DNA of 27,945 bases from Candidatus Cloacimonadota bacterium (GTDB lineage Bacteria > Cloacimonadota > Cloacimonadia > Cloacimonadales > WRIO01): NCBI GenBank assembly GCA_029564175.1, contig JAKQQL010000039.1, forward strand, positions 1 to 27,945. The letters are read 5' to 3'. The position numbers were made by a program, and so were the translations under genes. Shown piece after piece: positions 19,117-27,760 of the stretch. Positions within the stretch are counted from its first letter, which is position 1. Each line of letters begins with the position of its first letter. The notes under the pieces were generated by a model. It worked only from the letters and a program-made list of their open reading frames with translations. It was not told the origin of the DNA and did no database searches.

Positions 19117-20036
19117 CTGTTTGAGCTTTCCAGATAGTCCGTTATTTTCTCGGCCAGTAATGAACAGTGAATCCGATAGAAGGCAATAATCTCTTTCAGA
19201 GGAGGATTGTCTGTTTGCTTAACTTGTTTTAAAAAGTCAAAGCTTTTGTTTTTTATCAATTCTAAGTCAGGTAATAATGAGTGAGTCGGATGAGTACATT
19301 TTAAAGCGGTATAAAAATCATTTGCGAATGGTCTGATAAACTGCCAGGTGAACTGATAAAAGGATTCATACCCCGTAGAAAGATTGAGTAGAGATTCTTT
19401 ACTCATTGATTTCCAGACTTGTACATAATTGATTGAGTTACGAATGATACGCTGTTTTGAAAAGAATAAAGCCCCAGCCGTCAAAGGAGACAAAAATCCA
19501 TAATTGATTTGTTTTAATTGTCTTATATCTTTGAAAAAAACAGGATACATCACCTGATTTTTTACTGTTTCAAAAGCATAATTCTGGCTTCTGTCAAGAC
19601 CTGCATCTGAATCTAACACAATTAACTTTTCATGGTCAGCTTTAATCACTAACAGGGCATGTTTCCGCTGTGATTGTTGCGTAGGGTCATGATATGGGAG
19701 TAGATATACAGGTAAACTCAGCATGAATGGTATCTGATTCTTACTCAATTGTCTTGCTTCAAAAAAGAATTGTTCAATATCAAAAACCATCATTTCAGTT
19801 AACTCAAGCTGATATTGTGCTAAGGCATTATTATAATTTTCTGCTGTCTGATATGCAAGAAAACCGCAGTCAAAAGTCTTTTCCTTAGAATCATAATCTA
19901 TCATCAAATGGATATTGCAGGCTTTTACAAAATCAACTATTTCAAAATCTATCTCATAACAGGATAGCATCATACATAAGACATTTGCAGCACAGGCATT
20001 ATTCAGTTTTTGTTGTTTCCATACAGGGGTTATCAT
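19113..20036 (-). CDS. Hypothetical protein with papain-like (C39/BtrH_N-like) N-terminal domain
   Basis: QQKLNNACAANVLCM (Gln...Cys), KHALLVIK (His) and LIVLDSD (Asp) in the order and spacing of C39-like triads; coupled to the MFS gene. Confidence 0.55.
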   Translation of the reverse strand: MITPVWKQQKLNNACAANVLCMMLSCYEIDFEIVDFVKACNIHLMIDYDSKEKTFDCGFLAYQTAENYNNALAQYQLELTEMMVFDIEQFFFEARQLSKNQIPFMLSLPVYLLPYHDPTQQSQRKHALLVIKADHEKLIVLDSDAGLDRSQNYAFETVKNQVMYPVFFKDIRQLKQINYGFLSPLTAGALFFSKQRIIRNSINYVQVWKSMSKESLLNLSTGYESFYQFTWQFIRPFANDFYTALKCTHPTHSLLPDLELIKNKSFDFLKQVKQTDNPPLKEIIAFYRIHCSLLAEKITDYLESSNR

Positions 20037-20049
20037 AACAACCTTCTTA

Positions 20050-20808
20050 TTAGAATTTGATGCTGAAATTTAGCATTTTTCTGTTAGATTGAGCATTTTC
20101 TTTCTGATGTAACTCTGGTATTATCAAACCGCAGGCAGTTCCTGCAATTGCTCCGGTGATAATATCAGTCGGAAAATGTTTTCCTGCATGATATCTTAAC
20201 CAGGCAGTCGTTCCTGCACTTAAAACCAAAACAGGGAAAAAAACAGGCTGATAATTCTCATAGATCTTATCTTCGTACATGACTTTCATGATAAATGCTG
20301 TCGCCATAAAGGCATTCGATGTATGACCTGAGAAAAAAGAATAGATACTTTCACGATCAGTACGGCGTTCATCACTTAAGGCTTGATTATAGACATAGGG
20401 GCGCTTTCGTTTAATGACTACCTTTGCTGTATTCGTTATCAGGTTATTGACTGCAAATGATTGAAAATATAATAAAGACAATGTTTTTTTGTTCTCAATA
20501 CTATGATCAAGCATTAATGCCAGAGGAGTACTTAGCTGAGTAATCAATAAAATATCACTGATACTTGAAGCAGTTGGAGACCAGTTTTCAATGGCAGATT
20601 TATCAAATGAATTGATCTGATAATCCAGGAGATTAAGATTCACTTTTTCCTGCTCATCATATTGTGAAATCATCAAGTGGGTTAATGTGCCAATTGACAG
20701 AGCTGTTGCAACTGTATCATTGTCTCCGTCCCACTTAAACTTAGAAGCATGTACTTGAGAAGAAATAAGAAAGATCAGAGTAATTAGTAAATTCAGTTTA
20801 TTGAACAT
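20050..20808 (-). CDS. PAP2-family phosphatase with signal peptide
   Basis: KVVIKRKRP (K-x6-RP), SFFSGH, RYHAGKHFPTD motifs. Confidence 0.9.
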   Translation of the reverse strand: MFNKLNLLITLIFLISSQVHASKFKWDGDNDTVATALSIGTLTHLMISQYDEQEKVNLNLLDYQINSFDKSAIENWSPTASSISDILLITQLSTPLALMLDHSIENKKTLSLLYFQSFAVNNLITNTAKVVIKRKRPYVYNQALSDERRTDRESIYSFFSGHTSNAFMATAFIMKVMYEDKIYENYQPVFFPVLVLSAGTTAWLRYHAGKHFPTDIITGAIAGTACGLIIPELHQKENAQSNRKMLNFSIKF

Positions 20809-20852
20809 TTAACCTCTCTGTCGTTTATAGAATGATCATTCGCTTGTTTATT

Positions 20853-20907
20853 GCACAGTATGCATCTTGCTTGCTAAAAAAGGCTATAAGTAAAATGCTT
20901 GTAGTAC
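20853..20907. repeat. Degenerate inverted pair of REP-like palindromes
   Basis: GCACAGTATGCATCTTGCTTGC (20853-20874, +) and GTACTACAAGCATTTTACTTAT (20907-20886, -) both align to GTACTGCAAGCATCCTGCTTGC at 13576. Confidence 0.45.
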
Positions 20908-20920
20908 AAATAAAATTTGG

Positions 20921-20958
20921 AAAGAGAAAATTTCAGGCGGGATATACCCACCTGAAAT
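20921..20958 (-). terminator. Intrinsic terminator after the Na/Pi cotransporter gene
   Basis: Minus strand ATTTCAGGTGGG-TATAT-CCCGCCTGAAAT followed by TTTCTCTTT. Confidence 0.75.
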
Positions 20959-20966
20959 GTGACAGG

Positions 20967-22646
20967 TTATAAAGTTTCGGGTTTTGCGTGTTCTTTGATT
21001 TGGTAAATAAACTTGTAAGAACCGGCTTTAACGATATTTTTAAGTTTATCGGCGACTGTTTCTATTGTGTCGATGTAATCAATCATATTTAAACCGCTAA
21101 CGGCATCACATTCTGCATTTTGAATCATGTTGAGTACTTTTTTACGCATATCACCATGATATTGATTGATACGTCCTTCCAATTCAATAATCATATAAGA
21201 GTGTTTCTGATCAAGATCTCTCATATATTCAAGTGATAACTCAATCATATAGATGATTTTCTGATGCAATTCTTCAATCTCATTCATATATTCATTAGGG
21301 AAAGGAATCTTTTGAGAGAGTATCTGATTGTTGAGTATTTCACTGATCTGGACGGTATGGTCACCCAATTTTTCAATATCATTGACTGTATGTAATAAAG
21401 ATGGGATTTTTTTGGTAATCATGTCAGAATTGGATTCTTCACTGATTGAAACGAGGTAAAGTGTTATTTCTTTTTGTAAATTATCAATGGCATTTTCTAT
21501 CTTGTCAATTTTATCCATTTTGCGGTAATTTTTTTCTTTAAAAAGATGCATTGACATTTCAACAGACAGTTTTACCAGTCTTAGCATTTCTCTCATTTCC
21601 ATGATGGATTGCTCAATTGCCAGTTCGGGTGTTTTGATTAAATGATAATCTAGGTGTTTGGGTTCACCCATCGAAATGGAGTCTGTATGATTAAGCGGAA
21701 TGAGTTTTTGAGCGAGTTTTGCTAAAAGGAAGGCAAAAGGTAAAAAGATGAGGGTATTTAAAATATTAAAGAATGTATGTGCATTGGCAATATGTCTGGC
21801 GATATTTTCACCATTGAGGATATTGCCTGGTGTAATATAATTGATAAAGATCGTATAGACACCCATGTAGGTAAGTATGCCAAAAATAAGTGTCCCAAAG
21901 ACATTAAACAGGGTATGAATCATGGCGACCTGTTTTGAAGCTTTACTCCCTGAAATTGATGCTAACCAGGCGGTAATTGTCGTACCGATATTGTCACCAA
22001 AAACCAGATAAAGCGCACCTTCGTATGGTATCAGGTGGTTAGTTGCCAGAACGATTACGATACCAATTGCAGCAGAAGAACTCTGAATCAGCATTGTAAA
22101 AATGGTGCCTGCCAGAATACCTGTAAACGGATTTCCAGTTAAAGCAACCATAAAATCCTTTGCTGCTTGTGATGATTTTAAAGGTTCAACCGCATCAGAC
22201 ATTACATTTAAACCAATAAACAGCAGACCAAAACCAAGAATAACTAAGCTCCATTTTTCCATCAGCCTGTTTTTACGGACAAAGAGTAATGCTACACCTA
22301 TAATGACAAACAGAAAAGCATAATGACCAATTTTAAAAGCAATCAGCTGAGCGGTAATGGTTGTACCAATATTGGCACCCATAATTACGCCAACAGCCTG
22401 GCTTAATGCCATGATGCCTGAATTGACCAAACCAATCAGCATCACGGTTGTTGCACTACTGCTTTGGATAATACTGGTCACCGTCATGCCGACTAATACT
22501 CCTTTGAATGGTGTATTGGTAAGTTTTTTCAAGATTCTTTTCATCTCATTACCGGCAGCAGCCTGTAAGTTGTCGGACATAATATTCATCCCAAAGAGAA
22601 ATAGGGCAAGCCCTCCGATCAGATTGAGAATACTATAAAAATCCAT
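20967..22646 (-). CDS. Na+/Pi cotransporter (NptA/YjbB family) with C-terminal PhoU-like domain
   Basis: GGLALFLFGM, two QSSS repeats, GANIGTT/GDNIGTT, AHTFFN, DIEKLGDH. Confidence 0.93.
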   Translation of the reverse strand: MDFYSILNLIGGLALFLFGMNIMSDNLQAAAGNEMKRILKKLTNTPFKGVLVGMTVTSIIQSSSATTVMLIGLVNSGIMALSQAVGVIMGANIGTTITAQLIAFKIGHYAFLFVIIGVALLFVRKNRLMEKWSLVILGFGLLFIGLNVMSDAVEPLKSSQAAKDFMVALTGNPFTGILAGTIFTMLIQSSSAAIGIVIVLATNHLIPYEGALYLVFGDNIGTTITAWLASISGSKASKQVAMIHTLFNVFGTLIFGILTYMGVYTIFINYITPGNILNGENIARHIANAHTFFNILNTLIFLPFAFLLAKLAQKLIPLNHTDSISMGEPKHLDYHLIKTPELAIEQSIMEMREMLRLVKLSVEMSMHLFKEKNYRKMDKIDKIENAIDNLQKEITLYLVSISEESNSDMITKKIPSLLHTVNDIEKLGDHTVQISEILNNQILSQKIPFPNEYMNEIEELHQKIIYMIELSLEYMRDLDQKHSYMIIELEGRINQYHGDMRKKVLNMIQNAECDAVSGLNMIDYIDTIETVADKLKNIVKAGSYKFIYQIKEHAKPETL

Positions 22647-22668
22647 ATTTTAACTCCTCATTTATTTT

Positions 22669-22698
22669 AAAAAAAAAGCGGAGTCAATGACTCCGCTT
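22669..22698 (-). terminator. Intrinsic terminator after lysS
   Basis: AAGCGGAGTC-AAT-GACTCCGCTT stem with an A tract on + (U tract on -). Confidence 0.85.
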
Positions 22699-22708
22699 AA
22701 ACATTTAT

Positions 22709-24202
22709 TTATTCGGGTTTCATCTGGGGAAACAAAATCACTTCCTTAATGGAAGTATTGTTGGTTAAAAGCATAATTAATCGGTCAATTCCGATACCAA
22801 GTCCGCCCATCGGAGGCATTGCATAATCAAGCGCTTCCAGGAAGTCTTCATCTACCACGTTTGCTTCATCATCACCCATTTCTCTCATCTGAGCCTGATG
22901 TTCAAGACGTTTACGTTGTTCAATCGGATCGTTTAATTCTGTAAACGCATTGCCATATTCAGCACCCATGATGAATAACTCAAATCTTTCTACCAGATTT
23001 GGATTGCCAGGGTGATTCTTTGCCAAAGGAGAAATCTCCAGTGGATAATCAGTTACGAAAGTTGGCTGGATTAACTTTTCTTCTACAAAGGCATCGAAGA
23101 TTTCTGCAATGAGCTTGCCAGGACCGGCATGTGCTTCGACTTCAATGTTTTTTGATTTACAAAAAGCTTTCAGTCTTTCAAAATCAAAATCTGAGAAGTC
23201 TTCGCCAGTATGTTCTTTTACAAGTTCAAGCATTGAAGCTTTACGCCATGGGCGTTGCAGATTGATTTCAGTGCCCTGGAAATTGATGGTTTGTGTGCCA
23301 AATAAATCCTGAGCAATTGTACTGATCATGGTTTCAGTCAGTTCAATCATACCATCCAGATCCGTATAAGCCTGATAGATTTCGATGGCTGTAAATTCAG
23401 GGTTATGAGTTCTGTCCATTCCTTCATTTCTGAAGTTTTTGCCCATTTCATACACTCTTTCAAAACCGCCCACTATCAATCTTTTGAGATACAACTCAGT
23501 TGCGATTCTTAGATAAAGCGTCATGTCCAGTGTATTATGATGTGTGGTAAACGGACGGGCATTTGCACCACCGTATAAAGGTTGTAAAATTGGGGTTTCC
23601 ACTTCCAGAAAAGCCCTGTTGTTCAGGAAATTTCTGACTCCCTGAATGATTTTGGAACGAATCTCGAATGTTTTTTTATTCTCAGGATTCAGTAATAAAT
23701 CCAGATAACGTTTACGATAACGTAATTCTGTGTCAGAAAATTCATCGTATCTTACAATTTTTCCGTCAACTTCTTTTTCTTTTACGGTTGGGATGGGACG
23801 CATATTTTTAGATAATAAGGTCAGTTTTTTGGCAAGTACTGAATATTCACCTGTCTGAGTGTGAATGACTTTACCATCGACCTGAATAAAATCTCCTAAA
23901 TCGAATAGTTTAAAGAGTTCATAGTTTTCATCAGCTACTTCATCCTGACGTACAAATATCTGGATTTTAGCTGTTGCATCCTGAATGTTTAAGAATCCGA
24001 TTTTGCCCTGACGGCGTTTTGCATTGATTCGACCCACGATACTAACCATCTGACCTTTCTCTGCAAATTCTGATTCATTGTCCCATAAGCCCTGAATACA
24101 ATGCGTGCGTTCACAGCGTGGCGGATAGGGATCTATACCCATCTCAATCAGCTTGTCGTATTTTTCGCGACGCTGTTTTAAGAGTTGACTTTCATTCTCC
24201 AT
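22709..24202 (-). CDS. lysS: Lysine--tRNA ligase, class II
   Basis: OB-fold N-terminus, RYRKRYLDL, GGANARPF, FRNEGMDRTHNPEFT, GLGIGIDRL. ATG 24202 follows AAGGAG and is preferred over 24235; TTGACA at 24293-24288. Confidence 0.97.
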   Translation of the reverse strand: MENESQLLKQRREKYDKLIEMGIDPYPPRCERTHCIQGLWDNESEFAEKGQMVSIVGRINAKRRQGKIGFLNIQDATAKIQIFVRQDEVADENYELFKLFDLGDFIQVDGKVIHTQTGEYSVLAKKLTLLSKNMRPIPTVKEKEVDGKIVRYDEFSDTELRYRKRYLDLLLNPENKKTFEIRSKIIQGVRNFLNNRAFLEVETPILQPLYGGANARPFTTHHNTLDMTLYLRIATELYLKRLIVGGFERVYEMGKNFRNEGMDRTHNPEFTAIEIYQAYTDLDGMIELTETMISTIAQDLFGTQTINFQGTEINLQRPWRKASMLELVKEHTGEDFSDFDFERLKAFCKSKNIEVEAHAGPGKLIAEIFDAFVEEKLIQPTFVTDYPLEISPLAKNHPGNPNLVERFELFIMGAEYGNAFTELNDPIEQRKRLEHQAQMREMGDDEANVVDEDFLEALDYAMPPMGGLGIGIDRLIMLLTNNTSIKEVILFPQMKPE

Positions 24203-24442
24203 TCTTTCTCCTTCTTTATTGGTCATGTCTGTCATGACTACACAAAATCATAAAGATTCGATTCCACAATCTTTTATTAAAGCATCTTGTCAAGAATTAA
24301 TGAAAAATTAACTGTTTGCTTAAGTATCAACTTAAATTTTTAAAAGAACCAGTCTCACAGCTGCCTGTTTAAAAGAACTTTAAAGGAATCATCAGAAACA
24401 GGTGATTCTGGTGATGACTGCTTAATTCTAAGGGTTTTATAA

Positions 24443-24587
24443 TTTCTCCTTTCATCCCTTCTGCTATCTTCTTTAAATTCTCTTCAAAACGATAGGTAAA
24501 GAGGTGTGAATCTGATCGTGTCAGGCAGGTAGTTAGTAGAAAGTAATTAGGAATTCTACAGGATAGCTATGAGAATAATATGAGAAA
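24443..24587. other. Putative structured non-coding element, copy B
   Basis: C/T-rich arm followed by G/A-rich arm; stems TTTCTC(24443-48)/GAGAAA(24582-87) and GCTATCTT(24463-70)/AGGATAGC(24560-67); shares TTCTACAGGATAG-n-TA-n-GAGAAT with 2314-2336. Confidence 0.5.
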
Positions 24588-24641
24588 AAAGTGGTTAATT
24601 TCTTATAAATGAGTATATTGTTAAAGAGGAGAATACAAGAA

Positions 24642-25193
24642 ATGAAGATTCACTTTTCCGAAAAAAAGACAGATTATCCAAAGAAATGCGGTGATTTACA
24701 GCTGGCATGGTACAATCACGGGCAGATTTGTATCAGTAGAAAAAAACAACAGCCAAAAATCCAGAAACAGAATATCCATATTAAAACCATGAATCGTATT
24801 TGTAAAAATGTTTGGTCAAATCTCTTGCCTGCACAAAAAAGGGATATGAGTCTGTATGCGGTTTTGTTTAAAAAGACATGGCCTGGATTAAGGAAAAGAG
24901 GCATTTCCTCATACAGTGTTCTCTTGATGATTGTTTTTCACCTGATTCATCGTTACCAATTCAATACTGGAAATCAAGAAGCTTGCTCCTTGCAGTTGTT
25001 ACATTGGATTAGCAGACACAGTTTATATCAGATGATACAGATTAAAATACTGAAAAAGGTAGATGATGCGTACTTGCTCAATTACAGTACAGATGATTGT
25101 AATGAGAATTTATATCGTTATGAAAGACAATCAAATGAAAGATTATATCTCTCTTTGAATCAGGAAAATCAAAGCGTCTCCGGATTTGTATAA
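24642..25193 (+). CDS. Hypothetical basic protein
   Basis: 183 codons from ATG 24642 behind GAGGAG; Lys/Arg-rich N-terminal two-thirds; no recognised catalytic motif. Confidence 0.7.
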   Translation: MKIHFSEKKTDYPKKCGDLQLAWYNHGQICISRKKQQPKIQKQNIHIKTMNRICKNVWSNLLPAQKRDMSLYAVLFKKTWPGLRKRGISSYSVLLMIVFHLIHRYQFNTGNQEACSLQLLHWISRHSLYQMIQIKILKKVDDAYLLNYSTDDCNENLYRYERQSNERLYLSLNQENQSVSGFV

Positions 25194-25460
25194 TAAGGTG
25201 TTTTCTTTTTAAGAAACGGAACAATATGCGAAAATGTTTGCCTCAATTTTACATTCTTTTTAATATATTAACTTTGTGATGCATTTATACAACAAGATGC
25301 TTGTAAGGATAGAATATTGTTATGAATCCCTTTGAGATTGCATTTATGCAAATTCATTATAAATATCTCAAAAAAACATTGACAAAGAAACTGTGTTTGA
25401 TTATTTTATCTTTATCCTATGATTGAATCAATAATTCAATCGTGAAATGATTAAAGTGAG

Positions 25461-26039
25461 GTGGTTTTGCTGAGAACATTTATTGCGTTTGAGCCTGATG
25501 AGATTGTTAAAGAAAAATACTGTCAGCTGATAGAAACTGGCAAAATAGCTTTTCCAGAGATAAAAAACTGGACCAAACCAGAGAATCTGCATTTTACGCT
25601 TCGGTTTATCGGAGATACAGAAGAAGCGCATATTGCAGAAATCAGTCAATATCTGAAAAATCTGGCAAATCAGATGAATGTTTTCGAACTTCAGAAAGGT
25701 AATCTGAGTTGGTATCCATTCAATAACAGTCCTTTAATCTGCATGATGTACCAGTTTCATAACTCCTGGCTGATTAAGCAGTATCATCTATTGGGAGAAT
25801 TTCTCGAAAGCATGAAATATGAAACTGACAGACGCAGATTAAACTTTCATTTAACACTTGCCAGACTTAAGAATATAAATATCAGCCAAACAAAAAATTG
25901 GAACTCAGATTTGACACATGAAGTCAGCAACGTCAAAATCACACGACTCGTTTACTATAAAAGCACCCTTTACAAAAGCGGTCCGGTGTATGAAAAAATA
26001 AAAGAAATGAACCTTAAAGGAGGAATAAATGGCAACTGA
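25461..26039 (+). CDS. thpR: RNA 2',3'-cyclic phosphodiesterase (2H phosphoesterase, LigT/ThpR)
   Basis: RTFIAF start, two HxT motifs ([19 protein letters not shown]), KSTL..SGPVYE. The start may be TTG 25467; TTGACA at 25379-25384. Confidence 0.9.
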   Translation: MVLLRTFIAFEPDEIVKEKYCQLIETGKIAFPEIKNWTKPENLHFTLRFIGDTEEAHIAEISQYLKNLANQMNVFELQKGNLSWYPFNNSPLICMMYQFHNSWLIKQYHLLGEFLESMKYETDRRRLNFHLTLARLKNINISQTKNWNSDLTHEVSNVKITRLVYYKSTLYKSGPVYEKIKEMNLKGGINGN

Positions 26040-27084
26040 TAAAGGAAAAGAGATGGCTTTAAAAGCCGCTATGCAACAGCTTGAGAAAAAATATGGTTTA
26101 GGAACCATCATGTATTTAGGTGATAAGCCAAAAATTGATGTTGATGTAATCCCTACCGGTGCATTCAATCTGGATATAGCACTTGGAATAGGCGGTATTC
26201 CAAAAGGCAGAATCACTGAGATTTACGGAGCTGAAGCCTCCGGAAAAACAACCTTAACTCTTCACATTGCAGCTGAAGCACAAAAGCAGGGTGGGATAGT
26301 TGCCTTTGTCGATGCAGAACATGCACTTGATCCTGTTTATGCACGGAATCTGGGCGTCAGTATTGAAAACCTCCTCCTTTCTCAACCCGATGGTGGTGAA
26401 CAGGCATTGGAAATCGTAGAAGCACTGGTTCGCTCTAATGCAGTTGATTTAATTATTGTGGACTCAGTGGCAGCGCTTGTACCAAGACAAGAAATTGAAG
26501 GCCAGATGGGCGACAGTCATGTAGGCTTACAAGCACGTTTGATGTCTCAGGCATTAAGAAAACTGACTGCAATTGTCAGCAAGTCTAATACAGCGGTTAT
26601 CTTTATTAATCAGACCCGTATGAAAATCGGTGTTCCTTCATTTGTAAACCCTGAAACAACAACCGGTGGCGTCGCATTGAAATTCTACTCATCTCTGAGA
26701 ATGGAAGTTCGTAATGCAGGTAGTGTGAAAGAGATTGCTGGTGGTGCTCAGGTCGTGGGTAGTATTACCAAAGTAAAGATTGTGAAGAATAAATTTGCTC
26801 CACCATTCAAAACTGTAGAATTTCCAATTATATTTGGCAAAGGCATCTCAAAAATGGATATTATTCTGGATCTGGCAGTTTCTAAAGAAATTATCCAAAA
26901 ATCCGGTTCATGGTATGCCTATAAAGATTCAAAAATAGCACAGGGAGCAGAAAAAACCAAACAGTATCTGACAGATAACCCAGAAGTCTATGCAGAAGTC
27001 CTTGAAAAAGTAAAAGGTCTTCTTGATTTTAATGCCATCCCGGAAGATCATGACGAAGATTCATCTGACGATTCCGAAGCATAA
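26029..27084 (+). CDS. recA: Recombinase RecA
   Basis: [55 protein letters not shown]; acidic tail; no intein. Confidence 0.99.
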   Translation: MATDKGKEMALKAAMQQLEKKYGLGTIMYLGDKPKIDVDVIPTGAFNLDIALGIGGIPKGRITEIYGAEASGKTTLTLHIAAEAQKQGGIVAFVDAEHALDPVYARNLGVSIENLLLSQPDGGEQALEIVEALVRSNAVDLIIVDSVAALVPRQEIEGQMGDSHVGLQARLMSQALRKLTAIVSKSNTAVIFINQTRMKIGVPSFVNPETTTGGVALKFYSSLRMEVRNAGSVKEIAGGAQVVGSITKVKIVKNKFAPPFKTVEFPIIFGKGISKMDIILDLAVSKEIIQKSGSWYAYKDSKIAQGAEKTKQYLTDNPEVYAEVLEKVKGLLDFNAIPEDHDEDSSDDSEA

Positions 27085-27718
27085 AAAATATTTAAGAGAG
27101 ATAAGGACAGATGAGTATAGTCTGGGAGTTCTCCCACTAAAAAGTCTGCCCTTTTCTTTTCGTCAGGCTGATCCTGCTACGTATCATGAAACGGATGAAG
27201 ATCCATTTCTTGAAGTAGATGAGATTACACTCCAGGAAATCAAACTGACTTGCTATACCTTTGCTCGGGATAAGCTTCTGGATTATCTCGCAAGCAGTGA
27301 AAAAACACGGTATGATTGTACTGATTTTCTGAAACGTTACCAGATACCTGAGGCTCAGATTCAAGATTTACTAACCTGGGCTGAAAAAAAAAAATACCTG
27401 TCAGATGAACGCTATACAGAAATGTTTATCGAAGAAAATATACTTTCCTGTAAAAGCCCAGAAGAAATTCGCTATAAACTCAAGCAAAAACGGATTGACG
27501 CAAGCCTGATCAATGAAAAACTCTGCGAACGATATACTCAGGAAAGCAAAATGGAGATACTTGAACAACTGATTGACAAACTGGTTAGATCAAATATACA
27601 GACAGGAAAAACAAAATGTTATGAGAAGTGTGCAACAGCTTTATATCGTAAAGGCTTTCGTTATGAAGAATTCAAAGCGTTGTTAAATCAGAAAATCCAT
27701 AATTCACTTGACGAATAG
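27050..27718 (+). CDS. recX: Regulatory protein RecX with N-terminal extension
   Basis: Directly after rec[49 protein letters not shown]. Start uncertain (27023, 27032 or 27050). Confidence 0.8.
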   Translation: MTKIHLTIPKHKKYLREIRTDEYSLGVLPLKSLPFSFRQADPATYHETDEDPFLEVDEITLQEIKLTCYTFARDKLLDYLASSEKTRYDCTDFLKRYQIPEAQIQDLLTWAEKKKYLSDERYTEMFIEENILSCKSPEEIRYKLKQKRIDASLINEKLCERYTQESKMEILEQLIDKLVRSNIQTGKTKCYEKCATALYRKGFRYEEFKALLNQKIHNSLDE

Positions 27719-27760
27719 GTTATTTTGTAGAAGTGTCTTTTAAAATGATAGAGTGGAAAA

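Noticed and set aside
25289..25304. Additional REP-like copy (ACAACAAGATGCTTGT)
   Set aside because: Too short and degenerate, and it lacks the GTAC end.
25200..25460. LexA/SOS box upstream of thpR-recA
   Set aside because: No convincing CTGT-N8-ACAG or GAAC-N4-GTTC palindrome was found.
618..27364. Short ORFs nested in or antisense to long genes (e.g. 618-824, 808-1017, 3771-4115, 6178-6492, 15225-15593, 22357-22638, 25905-26216, 27137-27364)
   Set aside because: They overlap well-supported genes and show no RBS or family motifs; expected shadow frames.
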